A DNA stretch of 34,677 bases from Bryobacterales bacterium. GTDB taxonomy: Bacteria > Acidobacteriota > Terriglobia > Bryobacterales > Bryobacteraceae. The position numbers and the translations under genes are program-made. This document shows positions 1 through 9,391 of this stretch, piece by piece (position 1 is the first letter of the stretch; each line of letters begins with the position of its first letter). The stretch lies in contig PLEM01000495.1 of the NCBI GenBank assembly GCA_003137035.1, positions 952-35,628 of the forward strand, read 5' to 3'. The notes below the pieces were generated by a model that was not told the DNA's origin, searched no databases, and saw nothing but the letters and a program-made list of their open reading frames with translations.

Positions 1-882
1 AAGCGCCACATCATCGGCGAGGAATTCGTGCGCGTGCAGCAGGGGATCATCGAGTCCAGCCATTTCCTGGAAGGCGACTGGATTCTGGGCCAGGGCACCA
101 TCTACCCCGATACCATCGAATCCGGCGGCACCGAGAAGGCCGCGGTGATCAAGACCCACCATAACCGCGTAGCCGGCATTCGGGACCTCATTCAGGCGGG
201 CCGCATCGTCGAGCCCCTGAGCTCGTTCTACAAAGACGAGGTGCGCGAGATCGGCGAGGAGCTCGGGTTGCCCTCCGATCTGCTGCACCGCCACCCCTTC
301 CCCGGCCCCGGCCTGGGCATACGCTGCCTGTGCTCGGAAACCGCCGGGCCGGTCCGGCGCACCGAGGATGGGTGGCTGCTTCCGGTCCGCTCGGTGGGAG
401 TGCAGGGCGATTCGCGCAGCTACGCGGAGGTGCTGGCGCTCGACCGGCCGCCCGAGCCGGCGCTGTTCGAGGAGGCCACCGGCCTCATCAACCGGATCTC
501 GGGGATCAACCGGGTGGTGGCGCTGGTGAAAAGCCACGCCGCGCTGTCCTCGCTCCAGATGTTCGAGAGTTCGCTTTCGCCCGAGCGGGTTGCGCGTCTG
601 CGTCGCGCCGACGCCATCGTTCGCCGCCTCTGCGACGAGCGCGGATTCGACCGCCAAGTCTGGCAGTTCCCGGTCATCCTGATCCCGCTCGGCACGCCGG
701 AGCGCCCCGATTCGGTGGTCCTGCGCCCGGTGGATTCGCGGGACGGCATGACTGCCCGCGCCGTCCCCATGGAGCCCGGTCTGCTCGGGGAGATGGCCCG
801 CGAACTCCTGGGGCTGGACGGCATCGCGGCGGTTTTCTACGACCTGACCCACAAGCCCCCCGGCACCATCGAGTGGGAGTAG
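1..882 (+). CDS. guaA: GMP synthase (glutamine-hydrolysing), C-terminal PP-ATPase/dimerisation part; 5' end outside window
   Basis: Frame 1 is open from base 1 (KRHIIGEEF..) into listed ORF 28..882. GuaA-like strings HRHPFPGPGLGIRCL and VGVQGDSRSY are present. The C-terminus KPPGTIEWE is typical of the family. Confidence 0.8.
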   Translation, partial: KRHIIGEEFVRVQQGIIESSHFLEGDWILGQGTIYPDTIESGGTEKAAVIKTHHNRVAGIRDLIQAGRIVEPLSSFYKDEVREIGEELGLPSDLLHRHPFPGPGLGIRCLCSETAGPVRRTEDGWLLPVRSVGVQGDSRSYAEVLALDRPPEPALFEEATGLINRISGINRVVALVKSHAALSSLQMFESSLSPERVARLRRADAIVRRLCDERGFDRQVWQFPVILIPLGTPERPDSVVLRPVDSRDGMTARAVPMEPGLLGEMARELLGLDGIAAVFYDLTHKPPGTIEWE

Positions 883-888
883 GCGGGA

Positions 889-2055
889 TCAAGGCATCAG
901 TTGTGTGACGGCTTGTTCGAGGGCATCGCGGGACGGGAGACTGCCCTGAGCAAGTTGGGCGTTGCCGCCGCCGCGGCCACCGTTGGGGGTGAGAGCGGAC
1001 TTCAGCAAGTTGCCGGCGTGGAGGCCGGCGTCCTTGGAGGCGGCCAGCAGCAGCGCGGGCGGGTCTTCGACGACGGCGAGGAAGACAGCTTTGTCCCCGG
1101 CGGTGAAACCCTGAGCGGTGGCGCGCAACTCGTCGTCGAGCGCGGCGCCCTTGGGCAGGCGCTGGAGGACCGAGCGCAGGCCGGAAGCGTTGGGCGCGGT
1201 GGCCCGGTACAACTCGCCGCCTCGCAAGCGGGCCAGCTCCGTGGCCAGGCGGCGGCGCGCCTTCTCCGAGATGTCCAGGGCCTGGATCTGGGCTGCAACT
1301 ATCGCGGGCGTCTCGTCCGGGGGCGCCGAGAGCAAGCGGGCGATCTTCGCGAGCGCTTCGTTGTCCGCGCGGGCACGGCGAATGGCGCGCAAGCCGCAGA
1401 GGAACTCGATACGCACGCTGCCGTGCGCCTTGTCCAGTTTGCGGAGCAGGAGGGGGCCGATCTCTCCGGTGGCGCGAACGTGCGTGCCGCCGCAGGCGCT
1501 GCGGTCGACGCCCGCGATCGAGACGATGCGCAACAGGCCCTCGCGCTCGGACGGTTTGCGCAGATCCAGCGGGCGCTCCTCGAACGAGATGGCGAGGGGC
1601 CGATTCTCGAAGACCAATTGGTTGGCGCGGAGCTCGATGGCGGCGGCCTGCGCCGGATCGAGCGAGGGTAACGCGACGTCGATGGCGGAGGATTCTGCGC
1701 CCAGATGAAAGCCCACCGTGGCGGCTCCGAACATCTCGACGAAGACGGCCGAGAGCAGGTGCTGGCCGCTGTGCTGCTGCATGTGGTCGAAGCGGCGCGG
1801 CCAGTCGACGCGGCAGGCGGCTTCGCCCGGAGGCACGGGAGCGGCGGTGAGGTGGGCTATGCGGTCGCCCTCATCCACAACGCCGGTAACGTTGATGCCC
1901 GCGATCAAGCCGGCATCCTGAGGCTGGCCTCCGGAGGCCGGATAGAAAGCGGTGCGATCGAGGTAGACGCGGCGGCCTTCCTCGGCGGTATCGACCACCG
2001 TAGCTCGAAAGTCAACCAGGTACGAGTCGCGGTAGTAGAGGCGCTCGGTGGTCAT
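889..2055 (-). CDS. AlaX-L type alanyl-tRNA editing protein (Ala/Thr-tRNA synthetase SAD domain protein)
   Basis: 388 aa starting MTTERLYYRDSYL. Zinc/editing motifs HSGQHLL (HxxxH) and CGGTHV (CxxxH) are present. The ATG at 2055 overlaps the upstream stop (ATGA). Confidence 0.8.
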   Translation of the reverse strand: MTTERLYYRDSYLVDFRATVVDTAEEGRRVYLDRTAFYPASGGQPQDAGLIAGINVTGVVDEGDRIAHLTAAPVPPGEAACRVDWPRRFDHMQQHSGQHLLSAVFVEMFGAATVGFHLGAESSAIDVALPSLDPAQAAAIELRANQLVFENRPLAISFEERPLDLRKPSEREGLLRIVSIAGVDRSACGGTHVRATGEIGPLLLRKLDKAHGSVRIEFLCGLRAIRRARADNEALAKIARLLSAPPDETPAIVAAQIQALDISEKARRRLATELARLRGGELYRATAPNASGLRSVLQRLPKGAALDDELRATAQGFTAGDKAVFLAVVEDPPALLLAASKDAGLHAGNLLKSALTPNGGRGGGNAQLAQGSLPSRDALEQAVTQLMP

Positions 2056-3782
2056 TCAACGGCGATGAGCACCTGATTGCTGAGGCTGCCATTCCCGAGG
2101 TCGAGATAGAACGGCACCCGGTTCCCCTTCTGGGCGCCCTGCGGGACGAGTACGCTGACCTGGTACAGGCCCACGAGCGTGGGGGTCATCACGACGTCCA
2201 GCGGAGCCGCGTCGATGGCGGTATTCGAGAATCGGTCGCCGAAGTGAACCTTGAGCGTCGTGGGGATGCGGGCCAAGGGCGCGGCGCCAGGAGCGCCAGC
2301 GCCGGTCGCCACCGGAGGGTTGCCCTGTCCCAAGCCGATGATCCAGATGACGAACACGTCGCCAATGTGGGCTGGATGGCTGGGATAGCCCGGCGTGATG
2401 GGCATGGGGAACGAATTGTTCTGACTCCAATTCCAGATGATGGCGTAGTCGGTGGAGGGGATGGGGAGGATGTGCGGCGACCGGCCGACCACCTGCATCG
2501 AGACCGCATTGCCGAGTTGACCGTCGCGCTCCACGCGCACCACCGCTTCGCCAGCCGCTGTTTCGAAGGGGACCTGGATGTTCACCTGGCCGGCGGAGGC
2601 GTAATAGAGCGGGGCCGGCTGGCCGTTCACCAGAACGCGGGTAGGGCCGAGCTGGGTGCTAAGCGGGACGGCCGTCGCGCTATGCGGCTGGTCGCTAAGC
2701 TGTTCGCCCCACACCGAGACGATGTCGCCCTGGCCGACGGAATCCGTGGCGCGGTAGGTGGCGATGTTCACGGCTCCACCGAAGTAGGTGAAGGGCGCCC
2801 CTTGCGCGACCACGGTCAATTGAACCGGGACAGTCACCGTACCGTTCACGGCGTTGCTGGCGACCGCCACCGAGCCCGTGTAGACTCCGGGCGCGAGGCC
2901 CGCCGGGTTCGCGGTGATCGCGATGGCCGTGCCGGGACTGCCGGCGGAGAGCCAGGCGCCGCCCGTGGCGGTTACACTCGATACCGCCAGGCTGCCCAGA
3001 CCGCGGTTATTGACGTTGAGCGTCGAGGTCTGCGAGGCCGAGTTCTGCACGGCGCGGAATTGGAGCTGCTGCGGCACGCCGGCGATGGGCTGCGAAGTGA
3101 CGTGCAGGTGCACTTGCACAGTCTTGTTGTCCGGCGCGAAAGCCGAACCGAAGAAGCCGAGCGAGCCGGAGTAAGTGCCCTCCGACATGCCGCTCAAATG
3201 CGTTCCCGAAACCACGTAGGTGACGCCGAAGCCGAAACTGCCGAAGCCACTGGCGGCGACCGCGAGCCACGACCGCCCGTCCAGGGTGGCGGTGCTGAAG
3301 GACGTGTAGCTGGAGGTGGAAACGGTGGCGCTGGCCGAGGAGCCGTTGGGCGCCACGTACAGATCGAGGTTATCGGGAATGCCACCGCCGATCTTCACCG
3401 TCACGGTGATTATCTGCGGCGCGTCGAGGGCGTTCGGATCGTTGACGGTGATTTCGCCGGTGTACGTGCCGGCGGCGAGCGCGGCGGTCTGGAATGCGAT
3501 CCGGACAGGCAGGCAGGCGGGTTGCGGAACCGACCGGCACACCTGGGAAGGACCGATTGAAGGATTCAGCCAGGCGACCGAGGAGGTGGCCGTCAGCGCC
3601 AGCGTTCCGTCCCCGGCATTGTAAGCCTCGATGGCCTGCGGCACGTCGTTGGAGCCCACCGCGATCGAGTACGGGCCGAAGGTGGTGGTGGCCAGCCGCA
3701 GCTTGGGAGCCGCAGCCAGGCTGCCGCTTAAGCCGAACAGAAGCAGAGCGGCAGGGAAGAGCTTTACAGATTTCAGACCCAC
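2052..3782 (-). CDS. secreted Ig-like repeat protein with Solibacter-type C-terminal domain (TIGR03437-like)
   Basis: This is the 3' part of listed ORF 2052..4946. An in-frame GTG at 3782 gives the signal peptide VGLKSVKLFPAALLLFGLSGSLAAA. It has repeated beta-rich modules (GTYTGEITV, GVYTGSVAV). The C-terminal domain carries VNGQPAPLYYASAGQVNIQVP ... LVGLYQVSVLVP ... SNQVLIAVE. The start overlaps the nuoA stop by 10 nt. Confidence 0.75.
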   Translation of the reverse strand: MGLKSVKLFPAALLLFGLSGSLAAAPKLRLATTTFGPYSIAVGSNDVPQAIEAYNAGDGTLALTATSSVAWLNPSIGPSQVCRSVPQPACLPVRIAFQTAALAAGTYTGEITVNDPNALDAPQIITVTVKIGGGIPDNLDLYVAPNGSSASATVSTSSYTSFSTATLDGRSWLAVAASGFGSFGFGVTYVVSGTHLSGMSEGTYSGSLGFFGSAFAPDNKTVQVHLHVTSQPIAGVPQQLQFRAVQNSASQTSTLNVNNRGLGSLAVSSVTATGGAWLSAGSPGTAIAITANPAGLAPGVYTGSVAVASNAVNGTVTVPVQLTVVAQGAPFTYFGGAVNIATYRATDSVGQGDIVSVWGEQLSDQPHSATAVPLSTQLGPTRVLVNGQPAPLYYASAGQVNIQVPFETAAGEAVVRVERDGQLGNAVSMQVVGRSPHILPIPSTDYAIIWNWSQNNSFPMPITPGYPSHPAHIGDVFVIWIIGLGQGNPPVATGAGAPGAAPLARIPTTLKVHFGDRFSNTAIDAAPLDVVMTPTLVGLYQVSVLVPQGAQKGNRVPFYLDLGNGSLSNQVLIAVE

Positions 3783-4129
3783 TCTAAAGCGCCTTTCTTG
3801 AACGCCCAGACATATCCCACCACCAGGATGGCCAGGAAGACCGCGACCTCGGCGACGCCAAACCAGCCAAGCTGCCGGTAGCGGACCGCCCACGGGAACA
3901 GGAAAATGGTTTCCACGTCGAAGATGACGAACAGGATGGCGATGATGTAGAAGCGCACGGTATAGCGCCCGCGGGAATCGGAAGCGGAGCGGATGCCGCA
4001 CTCGTAGGCTTCGAGTTTGGTGGAGAGGGGCGTGGAGGGACGCACCAGCTTGCCGGCCCCCAGAGCAACGATGGGAAAAGCCAGGGCGAAAACGGCAAAA
4101 ATGAAGACAGGGAGGTAACCCTCCGGCAT
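3773..4129 (-). CDS. nuoA: NADH-quinone oxidoreductase subunit A (ND3 family)
   Basis: 118 aa with three TM segments. The NuoA/ND3 signature is present: LEAYECG ... RFYIIAILFVIFDVETIFLFPWAV. Confidence 0.9.
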   Translation of the reverse strand: MPEGYLPVFIFAVFALAFPIVALGAGKLVRPSTPLSTKLEAYECGIRSASDSRGRYTVRFYIIAILFVIFDVETIFLFPWAVRYRQLGWFGVAEVAVFLAILVVGYVWAFKKGALEWV

Positions 4130-4137
4130 AACAAGCT

Positions 4138-4146
4138 ATTCTACCA
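4138..4146 (-). promoter_or_regulatory. extended -10 box (TGgTAGAAT) 8 nt upstream of the nuoA ATG; possible leaderless transcript
   Basis: The minus strand reads TGGTAGAAT-agcttgtt-ATG. There is no Shine-Dalgarno sequence between the box and the ATG, and no good -35. Confidence 0.4.
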
Positions 4147-4175
4147 TGCTGGCCGGCGGCGGACCCAGGCGCGGC

Positions 4176-4207
4176 GGGGCTGAAGCCCCCCGCGGGCTCA
4201 AGCCCGC
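4176..4207. repeat. REP-like pair of GC-rich tetraloop hairpins
   Basis: GGGGC-TGAA-GCCCC at 4176-4189 and GCGGGC-TCAA-GCCCGC at 4192-4207. The same unit type occurs at 29962-30036. Confidence 0.7.
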
Positions 4208-4253
4208 CCTCCGATTGTTTCAAGCGCCTGAAGGGTTGCCGGCGGCTGTCCGC

Positions 4254-4259
4254 TATAAT
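4254..4259 (+). promoter_or_regulatory. consensus -10 box TATAAT 9 nt upstream of the cysE ATG; possible leaderless or near-leaderless transcript
   Basis: TATAAT-gacttcact-ATG. No SD and no convincing -35. Confidence 0.4.
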
Positions 4260-4268
4260 GACTTCACT

Positions 4269-4958
4269 ATGTTCCGAGCGATCAAGGAGCAGATCGACAC
4301 GATCTTCCGGGAAGACCCGGCCGCCACTGGTGTGCTCGAGATCGTTTTCTGTTATCCCGGACTCCACGCGATCCTGCTGCACCGGGTGGCGCACAAGCTC
4401 TACGGCTGGCGCTGGCGGTTCGTGGCGCGGTTCATTTCCCAGATCGGGCGCGCGCTGACGGGCATCGAGATTCATCCGGGCGCGAAGATCGGCCGGCGGT
4501 TCTTCATCGACCACGGCATGGGAGTGGTGATCGGGGAGACCGCGGAGGTTGGCGACGACGTGCTGCTCTACCAGGGAGTGACGCTGGGGGGTACCGGCAA
4601 GGAGCAAGGCAAGCGCCACCCGACGCTGGGCAACCACGTGGTGGTGGGCACCGGCGCGAAGGTCCTGGGCAACATCCGCATCGGCGACCACGTGAAGATC
4701 GGCGCGGGGTCGGTGGTGATTCACCCGGTGCCGGATCACTCGACCGTGGTCGGCATTCCCGGGCGGGTGGTGCGGGCGCGCGGGGCGGAGGTCGACGAGG
4801 ACTCCGAGACGCTGGAGCACGGCAAACTGCCCGACCCGGAAGCCCAGGAGATCGAAGACCTGGCCAGGCGCGTGGCGGAACTGGAGACGCAGGTGCGCGC
4901 GCTCACCGGCGCAGTAGCGCCGCCGCCGGTCGGGAGCCATCCGCAAGAACCGGTGTAG
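4269..4958 (+). CDS. cysE: serine O-acetyltransferase
   Basis: The internal ATG at 4269 (MFRAIKEQIDTIFREDPA..) gives a standard SAT N-terminus. Hexapeptide-repeat core: GIEIHPGAKIGRRFFIDHGMGVVIGETAEVGDDVLLYQGVTLGG. The listed start at 4146 would read through the REP hairpins. There is a C-terminal charged extension of about 60 aa. Confidence 0.85.
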   Translation: MFRAIKEQIDTIFREDPAATGVLEIVFCYPGLHAILLHRVAHKLYGWRWRFVARFISQIGRALTGIEIHPGAKIGRRFFIDHGMGVVIGETAEVGDDVLLYQGVTLGGTGKEQGKRHPTLGNHVVVGTGAKVLGNIRIGDHVKIGAGSVVIHPVPDHSTVVGIPGRVVRARGAEVDEDSETLEHGKLPDPEAQEIEDLARRVAELETQVRALTGAVAPPPVGSHPQEPV

Positions 4959-5712
4959 CGCTCAGGGGCGCTGTAGGGCGGTTGAAGGTGGGGGAGTGCA
5001 GCAGGCCGCACCTGGCGAGAGTGCACTCGATGGTGGTCTTGATCACGCCGAGGCCGTAGACCAGGCTGCGGCGGAAGTTGATCGACGAGGCTTCCGGGAA
5101 ATAGCGCGTCGGGCAGGAGATCTCGCCGATACGCGCCTTCATCAGGATGGCCTGGGCAATCACCTGGTTGTCGAAGACGAAATCGTCGGAGTTGCGCTGC
5201 AGCGGGAGAGCCAGCAGCAGTTCCCTGGTGTAGGCCCGAAAGCCCGTGTGGTACTCCGACAGCTTGGCGCCCAGAAACAGGTTCTGAAACGCGGTCAAAA
5301 CGCGATTGGAGAGGTACTTGTAAAGCGGCATGCCGCCGCGCATGGCCTGGCCCCCCAGAATGCGAGAGCCCAGCACGAGATCGTAGACGCCCCAGGCGAC
5401 CATGCTCGCCATCGGAGTCACCAAGAGCGGCGAATACTGATAGTCGGGATGGATCATCACGACCACGTCGGCTCCGCTCGCCAGCGCCTTGGCGTAGCAG
5501 GTCTTCTGGTTGCCGCCATAGCCCAGGTTCTTTTCGTGAACCGCGACCGTGAGGCCGAGACGCCGCGCTACGGCGACGGTGCCGTCGGTGCTTTGATCGT
5601 CAACCAGGATACGTTCGTCCACGGTGTCGGGGAGTTCGCGGACGGTGGCTTCGAGCGTCGATTCGGCGTTGTAAGCCGGCATTACCACGGCAATGCGTTT
5701 TCCGTTGATCAC
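4903..5712 (-). CDS. family 2 glycosyltransferase (polyprenyl-phosphate sugar transferase-like)
   Basis: GTG at 5712 is preceded by GGAGGGAG and overlaps the upstream stop (GTGA). GT2 motifs: RIAVVMPAYNAESTL, LVDDQSTDGT, VVVMIHPDYQY. Confidence 0.8.
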   Translation of the reverse strand: MINGKRIAVVMPAYNAESTLEATVRELPDTVDERILVDDQSTDGTVAVARRLGLTVAVHEKNLGYGGNQKTCYAKALASGADVVVMIHPDYQYSPLLVTPMASMVAWGVYDLVLGSRILGGQAMRGGMPLYKYLSNRVLTAFQNLFLGAKLSEYHTGFRAYTRELLLALPLQRNSDDFVFDNQVIAQAILMKARIGEISCPTRYFPEASSINFRRSLVYGLGVIKTTIECTLARCGLLHSPTFNRPTAPLSATPVLADGSRPAAALLRR

Positions 5713-7289
5713 GGTCTCCCTCCTTGGGTGAAGAGGTGCGGCACAGCGGCTGCGACGGGGTGCTCGACGGGAGAAGGCGGGGCGGCGATCCGGCACACGG
5801 CCAGCTCCCGGTTCCGATACGGGCAGACCAGGCCGGCGGGGCTGGGGCGGCGGGTGAGAATCCATGTGACCGGGTATTGCCTCGCCAGATTCTGGAAATC
5901 GCCAAGCCGGAAGTGCTCCCAACCGGTCTGGGCCCGCACCTGGCTTTTCCAACGGTCCGCAAGCTGGGGGAACAGCGAAACCGGTCCGCTGTCTTTGACG
6001 TTATCGGCGAGCGCGCTGCGCTCGGCAATGGCGCGAAAACCGTGCTCGTCTTCCCCGGGAAGCAGCATGTAGTTCGGGTCGAGCGCGAAGGCGGCGTCTT
6101 TCGGCGTGTTTTCGCGAATCCAGAGAAAAGCGGAGGTCCAGGTGTTGGCATCCCGGAAGCCGGGCCACTCGACATGGGGACTGGCAGGGAACGTACTGTT
6201 CTGGAGCAGCCACATGCCGGCGGCCAGGGGGACGAAGAGGCCGAGCCAGCGCCACACGCTGGTGCGCAGCGCGTACTCCGCGACGAGGCCGCCCAGCAGA
6301 AGGAAGAAGACGATGTAGACGAGATGGAAGGACCGCATCGGCTGCAGGCGCGTGTAGTTCTCGATCCTTGCAGGAATGGACAATAGGACGCCGGCCGCGG
6401 TGGCCAGCAATCCGAACGGGACCAGAGCGCGGGACAAGCAGCGGAAGGCCGGCGTGGTGCGCCTGGCAGGCATGACGGAGAACCACCACAGCAAGGCCAG
6501 CGGAGCGAAGACGCCGACCCACTCGTACCAGGTCCAGGTGAACACGAAGAAGTAGGGCCGGGAGAACAGGGCCTCTCGGGCGGCGCCCTGGGCGGGTTGA
6601 AAGTCGAACCCGAAGGGCAGCGCGGAGGCCAGGGCCCCCACCGGCAAGGCAGGCGCGGCGAGCGGCCGGGAACGGCGAACCAGCGCCAGGCAGCCGAGGA
6701 AGACGGCCCCGTAGATACTCATTTGCGGATGCACCAGCGCGGCCAGCAGCAACCATACCAGAGCTCGCTTCGGCCGGTTGGAGAGATAGGCGGCGATGGC
6801 GAAGATGGCCGCCGGAGTGGCGAGCGAGCGCGCAGTCAGATACGGATCCATAATGAGCAGCGCGGTGCCTGCCACGGGCACACTGAGGAGACCCGCAAGT
6901 AGGGCGACGCCGCCCCATCGCGCTGTGTTGCTTTCAAAGCAGGCGCACAACAGACGCCAGGAGGCGACCAGCAGCAGCAGCACGCTCGCGAAATGCCAGA
7001 GGAAGATGACCAGGTCGACCGGCAGCCGGGTCAGTCTCGCGGAGCCGCCCACCAGGCTGGCGAACAGCGAGAGGTGGGCGTGCGACATGAAGAATTCCGA
7101 GTTAAAGGGGTAGAGGGCCGGATCGGCCGCCTGCTTCACCGCGGGGATGTAAATCGCAGCATCCTCCGCGCCGAGGTGATAGCCGTGGATCAGTACGGCC
7201 AGGAATGCAATCAGGGAAAGCTGGAGAATCGGGCGCCGGAATGCACTAGAAAATGACATCGATGCCTTGAGAGTGTCCCAGTTATCCAC
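5709..7289 (-). CDS. polytopic membrane protein, putative GT-C-type glycosyltransferase; function uncertain
   Basis: About 526 aa with many hydrophobic segments and a soluble C-terminal domain of about 170 aa. It is translationally coupled to the downstream GT2. An alternative start is the ATG at 7259 (MSFSSAF..). Confidence 0.6.
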   Translation of the reverse strand: MDNWDTLKASMSFSSAFRRPILQLSLIAFLAVLIHGYHLGAEDAAIYIPAVKQAADPALYPFNSEFFMSHAHLSLFASLVGGSARLTRLPVDLVIFLWHFASVLLLLVASWRLLCACFESNTARWGGVALLAGLLSVPVAGTALLIMDPYLTARSLATPAAIFAIAAYLSNRPKRALVWLLLAALVHPQMSIYGAVFLGCLALVRRSRPLAAPALPVGALASALPFGFDFQPAQGAAREALFSRPYFFVFTWTWYEWVGVFAPLALLWWFSVMPARRTTPAFRCLSRALVPFGLLATAAGVLLSIPARIENYTRLQPMRSFHLVYIVFFLLLGGLVAEYALRTSVWRWLGLFVPLAAGMWLLQNSTFPASPHVEWPGFRDANTWTSAFLWIRENTPKDAAFALDPNYMLLPGEDEHGFRAIAERSALADNVKDSGPVSLFPQLADRWKSQVRAQTGWEHFRLGDFQNLARQYPVTWILTRRPSPAGLVCPYRNRELAVCRIAAPPSPVEHPVAAAVPHLFTQGGRP

Positions 7290-7351
7290 TGCTTGAAAAG
7301 GGAGACGCTCAGCGAAGGCTCATGGTTTCATGCTGGTGCGGGAAAAGTTTC

Positions 7352-9391
7352 CTATTTCAGGCCCAGGCGCTCGAGCAGGGCGTTGGGGTCGGGATCGCGG
7401 CCCATGAAGCTGCGGTACAACTCCGCCGGGTCCTGGCTGTCACCCTTTTCCAGGATGTTACGGCGGAACTCGAGCCCGATTTCGCGGCTGAAAATGCCGT
7501 GGTCGCGGAAGCGGGTGAACGCGTCGGCATCCAGGAGCTCCGCCCATTTATAGGAGTAGTAACCGGCGCCGTACCCGACGGGGCCGGCGAACAGATGGGT
7601 GAAGGCGGCCAGCGCGGCGTGGTCGGAGGGCAACCTGGCGGGGGAGAACTCCTGGTAGATGGCTCGGGAGTAGTCCATCGCGTCTCCGTCGCGATCGGGC
7701 GCGTAGCGGGTGTGGAGCAGCAGATCGACGAAGCCGAAACCGAGCTGGCGCATCTGGGCGTTGGCGCTGCGGAAGTTTCGCGCCCGCTTCAGCTTGGCGA
7801 ACAAGTCATCCGGGATGGGCTCGCCGGTCTCAAAGTGGCGGGCGAACAGGTCCAGGGCTTCGCGCTCCCAGCACCAGTTCTCCATGATCTGGGAAGGCAG
7901 CTCCACAAAGTCCCAGGCGACATTGGTTCCGGCGAGGCTGTGCAGGTCCACCACGCTCAAACAGTGGTGGAGCAGGTGTCCGAACTCGTGGAAGATGGTC
8001 TCGACCTCGCGGTGGGTGAGCAGCGCGGGCTGGTCTCCCACGGGGGGCGTGAGATTGCCGCAGATGGCGCCCAGGTGCGGGTGGAGGCCCGCCGGCGAGG
8101 GACGGCCGGTGATGAAGGCGTCCATCCAGGCGCCATCGCGCTTGTTCTCGCGGGGAAACCAGTCGGCGTAGAAGGAGCCGAGCCGCGTCCCGTCCTGGTC
8201 GAGGATGACGTAATACCTGGTTTCGGGGTCCCAAACCGGCACGCCCGACTCCCGCTCGACGCGGATGCCGTAGAGCCGGCGGACGATCTCGAACAAGCCC
8301 CCGATCACGCGCTCCAGCGGAAAGTAAGGGCGCAACGCCTCCTGGTCGAAATCGTAGAGCGCGGCGCGCTGCTTCTCGGCGTAGTAGGCGACGTCCCAGG
8401 GCTCCAGTTCCGGCGCATCCGGCCCTTCGAGGGAGCGGCGGAATTCCAGCAGCTCGCGGTTCTCTTCGGCGAAGCGGGCCCGGGTGCTGTGCCGCAGGCC
8501 TTCCAGGAAGGCGAGGGCGCGGGCGCCGTTGTGGGCCATGCGGTCCTCCAGGACCAGATCCGCGAAGTCGCGGTAGCCGAGCAGGCGGGCCTTTTCGCCG
8601 CGCAGCTCGAGGACGCGGCGGACCAGCGGGCGGTTGTCGAAATCGCCACGGGTTGCGCGGGTCGAGTGAGCGCGGTAGAGCAGCTCGCGGATGGAGCGGT
8701 CGTCGAGATACATCAGCAGCGGGGTGAGGCTGGGCGCCTGCAAGGTGAACCGCCATCCCTCGACGCCCTTTCGCGCGGCGCTCTGGCGTGCCGCGGCCAC
8801 GGCGCTCGGCGGCAGCCCGGCGAGTCTGTCTTCGCGGTCCAGGACGAGCTCGAATGCGTTGGTGGAATCCAGGACGTTTTCCGAGAAGCGTGTGGTGACC
8901 GCGCTCAGCTCGACGTCGATCTCGGCCAGGCGAGCCTTGCCGGCCGGATCCAGATCGGCGCCGTGGCGTCGAAAATCGTCGAGCGTCTTGGTGAGGAGCC
9001 GGCGCCGGGCGCCCTCCAATTGCCGAGCGTTCCCGGTGGCTGCGTAGCGCTGGAGCGCGGTCCAGAGGCCCGCATTGAGCGGAATGGTGGAATGGAACTG
9101 GCTGACTTCGGGCTCGACGGCGTTGTGAGCGGCGCGCAATGCCGGGTAGGTCGCCACGGCTTCCAGGTGTTTGACCACGCCCATGGCGCGATCCAGCGGT
9201 TCGGTCAGAATGTCCAGGGGCGCTAGAGTGTTTTCGAACGTCGGGGCCGGATGGCCGCCAGCCAGGCAGTCCAGCCGGGCGCGGGCCTGGGCCAGCAGGT
9301 CGCGGATGCCAGGCTCGACGTGGGCGCTCTCAATGCGGTCGAACGCAATGGGGAAGTCAATGTGCAGCAAAGGGTTAGACTGGCCGGCCAT
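7352..9391 (-). CDS. M3 family zinc metallopeptidase (oligopeptidase A / Dcp-like)
   Basis: The ATG at 9391 ([14 protein letters not shown]..) gives 679 aa, typical for M3A. The HEFGH zinc motif is present ([11 protein letters not shown]). The listed start at 9952 adds about 187 aa of low-complexity non-homologous sequence. Confidence 0.85.
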   Translation of the reverse strand: MAGQSNPLLHIDFPIAFDRIESAHVEPGIRDLLAQARARLDCLAGGHPAPTFENTLAPLDILTEPLDRAMGVVKHLEAVATYPALRAAHNAVEPEVSQFHSTIPLNAGLWTALQRYAATGNARQLEGARRRLLTKTLDDFRRHGADLDPAGKARLAEIDVELSAVTTRFSENVLDSTNAFELVLDREDRLAGLPPSAVAAARQSAARKGVEGWRFTLQAPSLTPLLMYLDDRSIRELLYRAHSTRATRGDFDNRPLVRRVLELRGEKARLLGYRDFADLVLEDRMAHNGARALAFLEGLRHSTRARFAEENRELLEFRRSLEGPDAPELEPWDVAYYAEKQRAALYDFDQEALRPYFPLERVIGGLFEIVRRLYGIRVERESGVPVWDPETRYYVILDQDGTRLGSFYADWFPRENKRDGAWMDAFITGRPSPAGLHPHLGAICGNLTPPVGDQPALLTHREVETIFHEFGHLLHHCLSVVDLHSLAGTNVAWDFVELPSQIMENWCWEREALDLFARHFETGEPIPDDLFAKLKRARNFRSANAQMRQLGFGFVDLLLHTRYAPDRDGDAMDYSRAIYQEFSPARLPSDHAALAAFTHLFAGPVGYGAGYYSYKWAELLDADAFTRFRDHGIFSREIGLEFRRNILEKGDSQDPAELYRSFMGRDPDPNALLERLGLK

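Noticed and set aside
4146-4268. Listed upstream start of cysE (MLAGGGPRRGGAEAPRGLKPAL..)
   Set aside because: The extension is the translation of the REP hairpins. The SAT homology and a TATAAT box point to the ATG at 4269.
3783-4946. Upstream two-thirds of the listed 964-aa minus-strand ORF 2052..4946
   Set aside because: It is Arg/His/Pro-rich low-complexity translation. It lies antisense to the well-supported cysE and out of frame over nuoA. Only the part from the GTG at 3782 has protein-like features (a signal peptide and Ig-like repeats).
7322-9226. 634-aa plus-strand ORF
   Set aside because: It is antisense to the M3 peptidase, which has an HEFGH motif. Its composition is the typical Gly/Ala/Val/Arg shadow-ORF type of high-GC DNA, and it has no motifs.
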